DNA of 64,000 bases, from IMG/VR virus record IMGVR_UViG_3300024262_000013; one strand, given 5' to 3'. Below are positions 1-9,433 of the stretch, piece by piece (the first letter of the stretch is position 1; every line of letters starts with the position of its first letter). This stretch comes from a virus (Duplodnaviria; Caudoviricetes). The notes under the pieces were generated by a model. That model saw nothing but the letters and a program-made list of their open reading frames with translations, had not been told where the DNA came from and made no database searches. Made by a program: the position numbers and the translations under genes.

Positions 1-62
1 AGTGTAACTATAATACCTCCAACCATAATTCCAACACCTAATCCAACCATAAATAATGTCAT
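1..62 (-). CDS. partial small hydrophobic (membrane) protein running off the window start
   Basis: ATG at 62-60, MTLFMVGLGVGIMVGGIIVT..., open to position 1; read by eye. Confidence 0.35.
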   Translation of the reverse strand, partial: MTLFMVGLGVGIMVGGIIVT

Positions 63-149
63 CGTTTTACTTTATTGTAAAAGTAGTAAATATTAATCAT
101 AATAAAAAACGATTGTCACTTTTTTTATAGATACTTTATATTTATAGGT

Positions 150-1112
150 ATGGTATCAGTATATGATAAATTAATAGACAATCTAAGAAGTTACTCATTA
201 CCATATGAGGACCACGACTTTGATTATAATCACCCTTTAACGGGTGTTGAGGATGAGCGTATATTTAATCGTGAAGGTATGTCATTTGATATTGACAACC
301 TTGAAGATATCGAACTCAAAGAACTTGAGGTATTTTATGAAAAGTTAAATCTTGCCAGTAGAGTAAATTATATGCACCATTATGATGAAGATAATCAAAA
401 AGAATTATTTACGTATTATAAGGGAACGGAAGGTTTATATAAAGGAAAAAATATACCAAGAACTTCAGCTATTCATGTTAAAAATTTAAGAAATCATATT
501 CAGAATGTTATATATAAAAAGAAAAGAGCAATACAGGACCAAAATGCTAACGAATTATTACCGACATTAGAAAAATTTTTAGAAATACATAAACAAGGTA
601 ATCCTAATATTTATCCTGATTGGTTACGATTCACATTCAAAGAAGTTAGATGGGGAGATTTGTATATACAACCAATAATAAATCTTGAAAAGTTATTAGA
701 GTCAGGAGACTCCATACTTCAAGCTAAACGAACTAGAGACTTTATAAGTAATATATGGAATAGATTAGTTAGTGCGACAGGTTCATCAAAAAAAACCTCT
801 CCAAGTGTTAAGACGACATATGTTTTATTTGAAGGATTTAAGGACTATATGAAAAATGTCGTTAATAAAAAGATTAAACCACAGATAAAAAATCTACCAA
901 GAGGTAAAGAATGTGTTCATTCTATCATTTTTAGATATAGAAGTAATATTGAGGACATAGAAATACAGATACATCCACGTTATAAACGTGAGTGTACGGA
1001 TGGTTGGAATAGGGTGAACACGTATGACTTTGAACACGAAATTGAGGATATTTTATCTGAATATGGGTGGAGAAAAGGTATAAATTACGTTACATCAACG
1101 AATAGAGACTAA
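150..1112 (+). CDS. hypothetical protein (320 aa)
   Basis: ORF track; TATTTATA at 139-146 just upstream. Confidence 0.8.
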   Translation: MVSVYDKLIDNLRSYSLPYEDHDFDYNHPLTGVEDERIFNREGMSFDIDNLEDIELKELEVFYEKLNLASRVNYMHHYDEDNQKELFTYYKGTEGLYKGKNIPRTSAIHVKNLRNHIQNVIYKKKRAIQDQNANELLPTLEKFLEIHKQGNPNIYPDWLRFTFKEVRWGDLYIQPIINLEKLLESGDSILQAKRTRDFISNIWNRLVSATGSSKKTSPSVKTTYVLFEGFKDYMKNVVNKKIKPQIKNLPRGKECVHSIIFRYRSNIEDIEIQIHPRYKRECTDGWNRVNTYDFEHEIEDILSEYGWRKGINYVTSTNRD

Positions 1113-1116
1113 AAAT

Positions 1117-1731
1117 TTGGATTACAAAGAAAAAATATCCGTTTTAATGAAGTTTTGGGATAAAAAAGGTAACCCAAAGGCTAAAGATACACTATATTTT
1201 GGATGGAAATTCCAAAATAACCAAGAATATTTGAGTGCTTTATCTAAATATTACGATGTAGGAGATATGAAACGACATATGATGGACGAAATTAAAGAAA
1301 TTTTGGTAGGAGATAGGATTTTTGATTTATGTGATAGAAATATAGAATTAGTAGGTTGGAACATAGAGGATTATCCAATGACAGTACCATATGATGGGTA
1401 CGGAAGTAAATCAATAATGCAATTTAAATACGATTATAACCCAAATTGGGATTTACCAAAAGAATGGGTTGACCAAACAATAATTGAGACACTTGAAGAG
1501 TCCGAATCTTATCAAAACCCTAAAAAATACATTAGAGAAGAAATGTCACGACAAATTTATGAAGCTTATGATGAAGAATCTTGCGCTTTTGGTAAAATTT
1601 ATGAAGCCACTAAGTATATTCGTTACAAATATGGGTTTGTTTCCAATATTGAAAGTGGAATGAGAGATTATTCTGGATTAGATGAGCGGATTGACTACTA
1701 TACTGACATTGCATTAAGTAAATTACCGTAA
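1117..1731 (+). CDS. hypothetical protein (204 aa, TTG start)
   Basis: ORF track; 4 nt after the previous stop. Confidence 0.7.
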   Translation: MDYKEKISVLMKFWDKKGNPKAKDTLYFGWKFQNNQEYLSALSKYYDVGDMKRHMMDEIKEILVGDRIFDLCDRNIELVGWNIEDYPMTVPYDGYGSKSIMQFKYDYNPNWDLPKEWVDQTIIETLEESESYQNPKKYIREEMSRQIYEAYDEESCAFGKIYEATKYIRYKYGFVSNIESGMRDYSGLDERIDYYTDIALSKLP

Positions 1732-1783
1732 AATCCTTTAATTTACTCTAAAAATACCTATTTTACTCATAAACTTAAAAATT

Positions 1784-2128
1784 ATGAATAAATTACTATT
1801 AGGGTTTATGCTTTTCTTTATTGGTCAATCAGCCATATGGTTCCAAACCAACGGACAGTTCGTTTGGCCTTGGTTTAAAAAAAACCCCCTAATTGTTTCG
1901 GCGATATTTGGAACAACCATCAGTTATATTTTAATATACGGCACTAAATTCATGGCAGAACACTTCGATGGTCTATTATGGCCAGGTAGATTCATCGCTT
2001 TTGGTTCAGGAATCGTATCATTCACGTTTTTAACGTGGTTTTTCTTAGATGAGGGACTCACAACCAAAACAATAGTCTCTTTATTAGTTGCATTTTCACT
2101 AATAGGTATACAATTATTTTGGAAGTAA
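1784..2128 (+). CDS. small 4-TM membrane protein, SMR/DMT-like
   Basis: 114 aa with four hydrophobic segments; family assignment by recall only. Confidence 0.55.
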   Translation: MNKLLLGFMLFFIGQSAIWFQTNGQFVWPWFKKNPLIVSAIFGTTISYILIYGTKFMAEHFDGLLWPGRFIAFGSGIVSFTFLTWFFLDEGLTTKTIVSLLVAFSLIGIQLFWK

Positions 2129-2174
2129 GAATTTAAATGAAAAAATAGATATTTATAGTAAAACACTATAAGTT

Positions 2175-2411
2175 ATGAAATTTATAAAAGATATTTTTAC
2201 GGAAGACAAAACAGACAACAAATACTCATCTAAAAAGACAATGGGAATCATTTCAGGTGTATTAGTATGTATAGCATTTATAGGTGATGGATTTCATTGG
2301 TTTACAATAAATGAAAACTTATTTAGCTCTATGTTAATATTTTCAGCAACTATGTTAGGGGTATCAACGGTAAAAGCTTTCGCTAAAAAATCGAATAATG
2401 AATCAAAATAA
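2175..2411 (+). CDS. small 2-TM protein, possible holin
   Basis: 78 aa, two hydrophobic segments, basic C-terminus; TATTTATA at 2150-2157. Confidence 0.45.
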   Translation: MKFIKDIFTEDKTDNKYSSKKTMGIISGVLVCIAFIGDGFHWFTINENLFSSMLIFSATMLGVSTVKAFAKKSNNESK

Positions 2412-2547
2412 GGCTCAATTACCGAAAGAAGAAGTTGATATCAGAGAAATTGAAGTTATTAATCTTGAAGAAGTGTCAAATAAATTTGAAGTAGAAGATG
2501 TTTATGGTAATGTTACTATACATAATACAAATGAAATAAAAAAGTAA
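2398..2547 (+). CDS. small acidic hypothetical protein (49 aa), not in the ORF track
   Basis: MNQNKAQLPKEEVDIREIEVINLEEV...; stop TAA overlaps the next ATG (TAATG). Confidence 0.5.
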   Translation: MNQNKAQLPKEEVDIREIEVINLEEVSNKFEVEDVYGNVTIHNTNEIKK

Positions 2548-3866
2548 TGGGAAAGAAAATAATAAAATTAACAGAAATAGATATTTTCAATATCGTAAAA
2601 AAAGTAATTTCAGAACAAACTGAATCGAATAACTGTACAGGTACTAATGAAGTTAGTTCTCCTTATATAGAAACCGAGATAAGATATAAAGACGAAAATG
2701 GAAAATTCGGTACAAATGGTGATATACCAGCAGTAGTTAAATTTAAATTAAAAGCTTATTTTCCAACCGCAACTTCGAGCGATAAAGTTTACCAAGAAGC
2801 CTTATCACAACTAAAACAACAGGTTGAGGATGAACTGTCGAGTAAAGACTTAATAGCTAAATATGATTTAGTACTTGTTAGGGTTGATGACGTTATCGGG
2901 TCAGCAAGTAATTATTTTAATGGACCTTTACAACCTACCCATTTTGGTGGGAAACCAATAGATTCTTCAAAATTATCTTCAGAACCGTATGTAAATTTAC
3001 CAAAAGAGGGGGATAGAAATTGGAATACAAATAAAGGTTACGCTGACAGTAGATGGGGGAATATGGTTTCATATATTAACAAAAATGGTAAAAGTATAGG
3101 TTTTGGTGTTGGTAAAGATTTAAAGGCGCCAAAGACAACAGAATCCCGTATTACTGATACTGGTGGTTGTACTGATGAAAAAAGAGATTCAAATAAATAT
3201 AAAGGTCCGGGTCAATATGTTATAGTTAACGGTTTTATAAAATTAGAACCAAGGAGTCTTGGTGACGAGGACATTGTAAAGTTAACTGAATGTGCTGAAG
3301 GACTTAAAATTATTGTTGGATATTTCAAAGAATCTACAACTGCCATGGATACAGGTATTAAAATGCCGAAAAACACATTTGAACCTGGACATGGACATAC
3401 ATGTGATTACGCAACATTTACAGTTTCTTGTAATGAAATACCTGTGGGTATTTCAAATATGAACAATGGTAAAAATAGAAATAACCCACAAGCTAAAGTT
3501 GGTTTAAATCAAGAAAATGTTGAACGTAGAGCACCAAAAGGAGAAGGTGATACCGTGTATAGTTTGATTACTGTAGGTAAAGAACAATTAAAAAGAATAA
3601 TCACAAATAGTAAAAATGGAAAAGTCTCTATGACTATTCAAGGAACCGATGGTACATTACTAAGACCAAGGAGTAGTCAACGACCAGGAGGAGGATATCA
3701 CGGAGAAGCTCCTATGGTGTGTGCTTATGTTGAGGATGAAGATGGGTCTAAAAGAATTGTATATGGACCTAAAGAACCATTTGGTAGAGGGTCGGGAGAT
3801 GTTAAACCTGGCGTTTCAAAACCAATGGGTTCATTTAACCCTTGTATTACTATTAAAGAGGTTTAA
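2547..3866 (+). CDS. putative virion protein with KKIIKLTE-type leader and OmpA-like domain
   Basis: N-terminus MGKKIIKLTEIDIFNIVKKVISEQ shared with 52750; VIGSASN...NKGYADSRW resembles the OmpA-C pattern. Confidence 0.55.
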   Translation: MGKKIIKLTEIDIFNIVKKVISEQTESNNCTGTNEVSSPYIETEIRYKDENGKFGTNGDIPAVVKFKLKAYFPTATSSDKVYQEALSQLKQQVEDELSSKDLIAKYDLVLVRVDDVIGSASNYFNGPLQPTHFGGKPIDSSKLSSEPYVNLPKEGDRNWNTNKGYADSRWGNMVSYINKNGKSIGFGVGKDLKAPKTTESRITDTGGCTDEKRDSNKYKGPGQYVIVNGFIKLEPRSLGDEDIVKLTECAEGLKIIVGYFKESTTAMDTGIKMPKNTFEPGHGHTCDYATFTVSCNEIPVGISNMNNGKNRNNPQAKVGLNQENVERRAPKGEGDTVYSLITVGKEQLKRIITNSKNGKVSMTIQGTDGTLLRPRSSQRPGGGYHGEAPMVCAYVEDEDGSKRIVYGPKEPFGRGSGDVKPGVSKPMGSFNPCITIKEV

Positions 3867-4356
3867 CCCAAAGTACTAGCGTTGAGTATTTTATTTTAAA
3901 GGTGTAGTTATTCTTTATTTTAACACCGTTACCACAACTTATCGCTCCTACTGTTGCACCTTTATTTAACATTGCTCTGTTGTGACCCTTAGATGTTTTC
4001 CATGAGTAAATTATTTTATTAGCGATTTCATCTATAGAGTCTTCAATACCATTTATTGACACGGAGGATACGTTTTCATTACCTAAAATATAATTGTTAT
4101 CTTGAAATAACATCAATCGATTCCAAAAACTAGGTGTTTCACTATCTTCAGTATGACTTAACTTACCATCCTTAATCATATACTCCGTATGTATTTGAGT
4201 GGATTTGTAAGTCGCATCATCCCATTTTAAATTATGAAGACCATTTTCCACTCTATACTCATTAATTTTTTTGAATACCTTTAACTCCAAAGGTGTTTGT
4301 GAAAACACGTTTAACATTAGGACTGTAAACAATAAACTTAATATCTTTCTTTTCAT
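3853..4356 (-). CDS. secreted CAP/SCP-domain protein
   Basis: Signal peptide MKRKILSLLFTVLMLNVFSQ; INEYR, ENV, WKTSKGHNRAML motifs; start moved to 4356 because TATATTTG promoter lies at 4361-4368. Confidence 0.8.
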   Translation of the reverse strand: MKRKILSLLFTVLMLNVFSQTPLELKVFKKINEYRVENGLHNLKWDDATYKSTQIHTEYMIKDGKLSHTEDSETPSFWNRLMLFQDNNYILGNENVSSVSINGIEDSIDEIANKIIYSWKTSKGHNRAMLNKGATVGAISCGNGVKIKNNYTFKIKYSTLVLWVKPL

Positions 4357-4418
4357 AAAACAAATATACGAAAAATATTTGAATTGGCCATGATATTTAT
4401 AATAAAAGAATAAACTAT

Positions 4419-4775
4419 ATGGGATGTTGGTCAAAAAAATTATTTAAACATTTTCAAACTTATTACGGTAAGCAAATTAATAAATGTGAAAAAGATTTTC
4501 ATAATGGTGATTTTAAATCTATAATCGTTTCTTTGACAAGAACGCTTGTTATAACACCTGAAGAATTCTTAGACGTTTTATTAATTGCCTCGGCGAATAT
4601 AGGTAATGACTGTTTTAAAGATAATCAAGAAGAAAAACTAAATCTTTATAACAAATGCGTTTTTACCGCCAAAAAATATAAAATAGATTTACCAGTAGAG
4701 GTAGAAATATTAGTAAAAGTAGACCAACAAAAAAATGGGTTTATTCATAAAATAAAATCACTATTCAAAAAATAA
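4419..4775 (+). CDS. hypothetical protein (118 aa)
   Basis: ORF track; TATTTATA at 4394-4401. Confidence 0.7.
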   Translation: MGCWSKKLFKHFQTYYGKQINKCEKDFHNGDFKSIIVSLTRTLVITPEEFLDVLLIASANIGNDCFKDNQEEKLNLYNKCVFTAKKYKIDLPVEVEILVKVDQQKNGFIHKIKSLFKK

Positions 4776-5176
4776 TGGAAAAGAAATATATATTATCCGA
4801 AACACAATTAAGAAAAGTAGTAACAGAAGTTATTAAAGAACAAGGTCTTTATGGTAATCCATCAGATGTTGTTGATTATGACTTACCTGAATACTTATCA
4901 GATGTTATCATCCTAAGAAAACTCGAATCAATGGGAGATGTTCAAAACTCAGTTAAGGAATTACACAAGAGAGTTATGCGTTTAGAGAAAGGTTTGGACA
5001 CTGCGGGTTCACATCAAAAAGCGTATGGGACAGGTACAGATTATTCTGAAAAAAATAAAAAGAGTAAGGATATCGAAGATAGGTTTAATTCTGATGAAAG
5101 AGATGATGAACTTCAAAAAGATATTGATGCGTTACAAAAAATAATCAAAAAGACTGAAACTGACGTAAAAGGATAA
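4775..5176 (+). CDS. hypothetical protein with ILSETQLRKVV...IKEQ leader
   Basis: ORF track; leader similar to 2547 and 52750. Confidence 0.75.
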   Translation: MEKKYILSETQLRKVVTEVIKEQGLYGNPSDVVDYDLPEYLSDVIILRKLESMGDVQNSVKELHKRVMRLEKGLDTAGSHQKAYGTGTDYSEKNKKSKDIEDRFNSDERDDELQKDIDALQKIIKKTETDVKG

Positions 5177-5797
5177 ATGGGTAATAACAAACTTAAGTGG
5201 AGTCTTGAAAAACTTTTTAATTCTTTAGGTCGTAATATGGCTATGAAGTATTATGGGTTCGATTCCAAATATGAGGTTGTTAAGATTATAAATGTAAAAA
5301 CAGGTGATGAGGTTACTGACTTCGAAGGTGATATTGACTATGAGGTAATAGTGAAATCTAAGGACGACCTTCCTGAAATTTTTGATGTTAAAATTGAACC
5401 TCTGTGGAGGTACGGTAAGTTCGCTCAACCTATGGATTTGCAGTTTAACCTTGAACACATAACAAAATATATAAGTCCAAGTATAATTGTATCACTTGTT
5501 ACTCCTGAATGGAAAGAGGGCGATTTAGAATACACATCCGTAAAATCATTCGAAAAGAAATGGGGAAGGTCATTAGATTTACCCGCCGATGATTTTCAAA
5601 AAAACCCAAGTAGATGGGTAGAATTAAGTAATGGTTCAGTTGTCGATAAAATAACTGGAAACAGTTTTCCTTTAATGAGTAATGGATTAATTGATAAAAC
5701 TGAAGTATGGAACATAGCTCGAATTGATGAAGATGAATGGTGGGATTCGTTAGACAACAACGACAAACAAAATTTAACCGACGCCTTTAGTAAGTAA
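5177..5797 (+). CDS. hypothetical protein (206 aa)
   Basis: ORF track; abuts the previous gene. Confidence 0.75.
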   Translation: MGNNKLKWSLEKLFNSLGRNMAMKYYGFDSKYEVVKIINVKTGDEVTDFEGDIDYEVIVKSKDDLPEIFDVKIEPLWRYGKFAQPMDLQFNLEHITKYISPSIIVSLVTPEWKEGDLEYTSVKSFEKKWGRSLDLPADDFQKNPSRWVELSNGSVVDKITGNSFPLMSNGLIDKTEVWNIARIDEDEWWDSLDNNDKQNLTDAFSK

Positions 5798-5809
5798 AAC
5801 ATATAATTA

Positions 5810-6475
5810 ATGTCAGACCAAGAAAAAATAGATTTAAAGAAGGGTTCAGAAGAAAAAGGTAAAATGGCTGTAAAAATTTTGGATGCACTTGTATTTAAAA
5901 AAATAGGTATTGATTATAAGTTGACCACTCAACAGAACTACTCATATAATAGTAGATACCCTGATTCCGATAGAAGAACACCTTTTAATTTTAATATCAG
6001 ACTTGATGTTGACGTAGATAGGATGATGGAGTTCTCACCAACCTATGAAAAAGGTTATGAAAATTTAATGTATGAAATTGAAGACCGTATTGAAAAGGCA
6101 TTAAGATACGTTAATTTACAAAATTATTTTGGTGATGTAATTTTTGATTACGTTAATGATACCCTCGCAGAAAATGAATTATCTAAATTACAAAGTAAAT
6201 TAGTACCACAAATTCATTTTAATTTTCCAGATGTTACTGAACAACAAATAATGGATTCAGATTTGTACTTTAGTCTTGATAAGTCTGAAAGTGAACAACC
6301 ATACCTAAGAGTCGAGTTTAGAGGTGACTCTATTGAGCAAGAAGGTGAAGATGGAATGGGTAGTCATATTGAATTAGTGAGTTGTGAACAGTTATACCAA
6401 ATTATGAGTGACCTATTTGAAAGGTCACCACTATCAATGAGTCTTGAGTCTGAAAGTTATCTGTGTCACGGATAG
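5810..6475 (+). CDS. hypothetical protein, paralog of 7002..7673
   Basis: Shared KGKxAxKILDALVF, SPTY, IExALRYVNL, QPYLRVEF/NPYMRVEF and LFxRSPLS blocks. Confidence 0.8.
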   Translation: MSDQEKIDLKKGSEEKGKMAVKILDALVFKKIGIDYKLTTQQNYSYNSRYPDSDRRTPFNFNIRLDVDVDRMMEFSPTYEKGYENLMYEIEDRIEKALRYVNLQNYFGDVIFDYVNDTLAENELSKLQSKLVPQIHFNFPDVTEQQIMDSDLYFSLDKSESEQPYLRVEFRGDSIEQEGEDGMGSHIELVSCEQLYQIMSDLFERSPLSMSLESESYLCHG

Positions 6476-6506
6476 ATTAATAACTGTGACACATTAGTTA
6501 ATGAAA

Positions 6507-6974
6507 CTAGTTCACTTCTTTAGGTGTTAAACCAACCATTGGCATACCATTTGCTCCGCCAAACATATCGTCCCTCCAAATAATTTGACCTTTATCACCA
6601 ATAATCGTTAATTCAATTGCTATTCTAGGTCCACCCTTAGGTAAAATAATATTTAGTATTTGGTCAGGTATAATAATATCGGCTAAATAAATAGGGTCAA
6701 GGCCATAATTCCATAATTCAGGTTCTATATCCATATAACCCTTAAGTTCACCATTTTCTATTCTTTCATCAAAATTAACTTGAATATCTGTGTATAATGT
6801 TGCTCCAAATATATAATATTCATATTTGGAAGTGAACTGACTACTAGTGGTTTTTTCTATAAACTCAAAATCAATTGAGTTAATCTCAAATTTATCTTTA
6901 TAAATTGACCTTAAGGTAGGAGTATTTAAAAGTACTTTACCTAATTCAACAATTTTATCTATTTCATTATCCAT
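6507..6974 (-). CDS. hypothetical protein (155 aa)
   Basis: ORF track; TATTTATA on the minus strand at 6985-6978. Confidence 0.75.
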   Translation of the reverse strand: MDNEIDKIVELGKVLLNTPTLRSIYKDKFEINSIDFEFIEKTTSSQFTSKYEYYIFGATLYTDIQVNFDERIENGELKGYMDIEPELWNYGLDPIYLADIIIPDQILNIILPKGGPRIAIELTIIGDKGQIIWRDDMFGGANGMPMVGLTPKEVN

Positions 6975-6977
6975 AAC

Positions 6978-6997
6978 TATAAATATAACTATTTATA
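6978..6997. promoter_or_regulatory. back-to-back TATTTATA motifs (putative phage late promoters) for divergent genes
   Basis: TATAAATA at 6978-6985 and TATTTATA at 6990-6997, each a few nt from a start codon; same arrangement at 13275-13295. Confidence 0.55.
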
Positions 6998-7001
6998 ATA
7001 A

Positions 7002-7673
7002 ATGGAGATAGAAAAAAACATAGATGATGAATTAAGAGCCGAGGCTCAAGAAAAAGGTAAAATAGCCACAAAAATTCTTGATGCATTAGTGTTTAGTAAG
7101 TTTGGGGGTATTGAATACTCAATGATAATACGTAAACAAAGACAGAATTCTTATTCTTCACCTAGAACTAACCCTATTTATTTTGAATTTGATGTGGATA
7201 TTGATGTGGATAAGACATTTGAACCATCACCTACGTATGATAAAAAATATGAAGACTACATATATGAGATAGGTGAACATATTGAAAGGGCCTTACGGTA
7301 TGTTAACTTACATGATTATATGGCGGAACCTATGTTTACATACGTAAATGACAACTTAGTGGATAATGAAATAGATAGGTTAGAAAATAAATTAATTTCA
7401 TATCTTCAGTCTCAATATGAAGGACTTAGTTATGATAGTATTCGAGAGGCGGATATAGGTTATTATTTTTATAAAGGAGAAACAGATAACCCATATATGA
7501 GAGTTGAATTTGTAGGTCAACCTCCTATTATAGATGGTGACCGTCAATCTACAGATACTATTGAAGAAAGAGAATTTTTTTCTTGTGAAGTGTTAGAAGA
7601 GATAATGAGAGACCTTTTTGATAGGTCACCTCTGTCCCTGTCCTATGATGGTGAAAATTATACCTGCCAATAA
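7002..7673 (+). CDS. hypothetical protein, paralog of 5810..6475
   Basis: See 5810. Confidence 0.8.
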   Translation: MEIEKNIDDELRAEAQEKGKIATKILDALVFSKFGGIEYSMIIRKQRQNSYSSPRTNPIYFEFDVDIDVDKTFEPSPTYDKKYEDYIYEIGEHIERALRYVNLHDYMAEPMFTYVNDNLVDNEIDRLENKLISYLQSQYEGLSYDSIREADIGYYFYKGETDNPYMRVEFVGQPPIIDGDRQSTDTIEEREFFSCEVLEEIMRDLFDRSPLSLSYDGENYTCQ

Positions 7674-7697
7674 GGATAACGTAGATATTTATATGAT

Positions 7698-8774
7698 ATG
7701 AAAGATATTAAACTTGTTAATATATTAAAAGAAACTGTTGTGGAGATGTATCCGCACGAAGGAGCCACGGATGTTGCGACTGTAGAATTTGGTAGAGCAA
7801 ACGTATGGTCAAAATTCGACAAACCAATTAACGTATACTTCAACGAATTAAGTAAGAGCCCTTCAGAAATATCCAACTCAAGTAAAATAGTTCTTACTGA
7901 TAAAAAATCAGGAGAAGATTATGTTTTCGATGCCGATGATATAAGAATTAAAAATGATAAAATGTGGATTAGTGTTAGGGACCTAAGAGAATTATATCCA
8001 AGATTCTTAGAAACATTGTTAGTTAAAGATGATAAGGTAAGAAATGAAAATCTTAATGTTAACACATTAAAAACAAAAGCCTCAGGAATACCTCAACTAA
8101 TATTAGATGTTTTAAAAGAAGTGTATCCAAATAATTGGGGAAAAATTTCTGAACCTGATTGTCAAACATTAGAGGGTGTGATAGATATCTTCCCAGCAAT
8201 GGAAGGTGAGAGATGGTCAATATTAAACTTCTTCGATACCAACCCAGGGGTTATACGAATCTTAGTAGAGAAATACCAAGACGAAAACGATGAGGTAACT
8301 TTAGAAGGGTTCAAAGATTTCCTAAGAGATAACAAAGAAGAGTTGTTCGGACAAGATAGTCCAATACTACAATCGTTAGTAAAAAGAAACCTACAGTCAT
8401 TCGAAAGAGGATGGAAGACAGAAGCCGAGGTCATAGACATCGTTAAGAGAGAGAATCCGACATTAACTGATGAAGATATATCACAATACTGTTTAGGGTC
8501 TGTAGAGGACCGTGTGAGTGGTGTAGACTTTAAAGTTAAGGGTAAAGGATACCAAACCAAACCAGCGTCTAAGATGGAGAGGTTAAAGAACGGAGGAGTA
8601 AGAGTTCAAACCTATGGTATGAGAGATTGGTACCAAAGAAAAAAAGAGATAGATTATATACTATACTCTAACGGTAAGAACATTGCCGTATTCCCAAACA
8701 AAAACTACAAAGTATCCAATGACGGTAAAACCGTTACACATTATGAGAATATTACTAAAGGTACGTTTGGATAA
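7698..8774 (+). CDS. hypothetical protein with possible C-terminal PD-(D/E)xK nuclease-like domain
   Basis: GWKTEAEV...EDRVSGVDFKV..YQTK pattern; leader MKDIKLVNILKE. Confidence 0.45.
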   Translation: MKDIKLVNILKETVVEMYPHEGATDVATVEFGRANVWSKFDKPINVYFNELSKSPSEISNSSKIVLTDKKSGEDYVFDADDIRIKNDKMWISVRDLRELYPRFLETLLVKDDKVRNENLNVNTLKTKASGIPQLILDVLKEVYPNNWGKISEPDCQTLEGVIDIFPAMEGERWSILNFFDTNPGVIRILVEKYQDENDEVTLEGFKDFLRDNKEELFGQDSPILQSLVKRNLQSFERGWKTEAEVIDIVKRENPTLTDEDISQYCLGSVEDRVSGVDFKVKGKGYQTKPASKMERLKNGGVRVQTYGMRDWYQRKKEIDYILYSNGKNIAVFPNKNYKVSNDGKTVTHYENITKGTFG

Positions 8775-8789
8775 GTAAAACTTATGTTC

Positions 8790-8797
8790 TATATTTG
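8790..8797 (+). promoter_or_regulatory. Bacteroidota sigma-A -7 element TATATTTG
   Basis: Matches TAnnTTTG, about 20 nt upstream of the ATG at 8820. Confidence 0.65.
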
Positions 8798-8819
8798 TCG
8801 AACTTAAAGATAAATAACT

Positions 8820-9140
8820 ATGAGGAACATATACAATACTGAAATCGTAGGAGAAATTAATGACACACCACCTATTATAAACAGACATAACATTGTTGTT
8901 GAAACTAAATGGAATGGGTTTAGAATGATGGATAACTCATCTTTCACTGAATGGGTAAGTATGTTTATATTTCCTGATAGTGATAAAGCTGAATACTTTG
9001 CCGAACATTTCGAAAAAGGTATGGATAGGTTTCAAGAAGGTATGTTAAAGGGTGAGTATATCTTTCATAAGATAAATTGTCGTTACCCTATTCCTGAGAA
9101 GATTTATGCGGACCAATTACATATGACTGATAAATTATGA
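8820..9140 (+). CDS. hypothetical early protein (106 aa)
   Basis: ORF track. Confidence 0.7.
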   Translation: MRNIYNTEIVGEINDTPPIINRHNIVVETKWNGFRMMDNSSFTEWVSMFIFPDSDKAEYFAEHFEKGMDRFQEGMLKGEYIFHKINCRYPIPEKIYADQLHMTDKL

Positions 9141-9433
9141 GCAAATACCGAATAATCAGAGAAGAGTTCTATAATGGGAAAGGTATAGCATTCGATGTAT
9201 GTTTCTTCATACAACAACAAAAATCATTTCTATTCTTTAAGTGGTGGACATATGTCACACACGAAACTATCGGTATAAAGAGTCTAAAGAAATTCCCCCT
9301 ACACTTTAAAGGTGGAGTAATCGAAGCCGAAGAGTTTATAAAAGAAGTCCTAATTAAAGGTAATAGGTTTAAAGGGAACTATAAGTTCGTATTAAGAGAG
9401 TATGATTCTAATGGGATGGTAATAAAACTATAA
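9137..9433 (+). CDS. hypothetical protein (98 aa)
   Basis: ORF track; ATGA overlap with the previous gene. Confidence 0.7.
   Translation: MSKYRIIREEFYNGKGIAFDVCFFIQQQKSFLFFKWWTYVTHETIGIKSLKKFPLHFKGGVIEAEEFIKEVLIKGNRFKGNYKFVLREYDSNGMVIKL

Noticed and set aside
6978-6985. Canonical T4 late promoter TATAAATA
   Set aside because: At divergent sites the orientation relative to start codons is consistently TATTTATA on the sense strand
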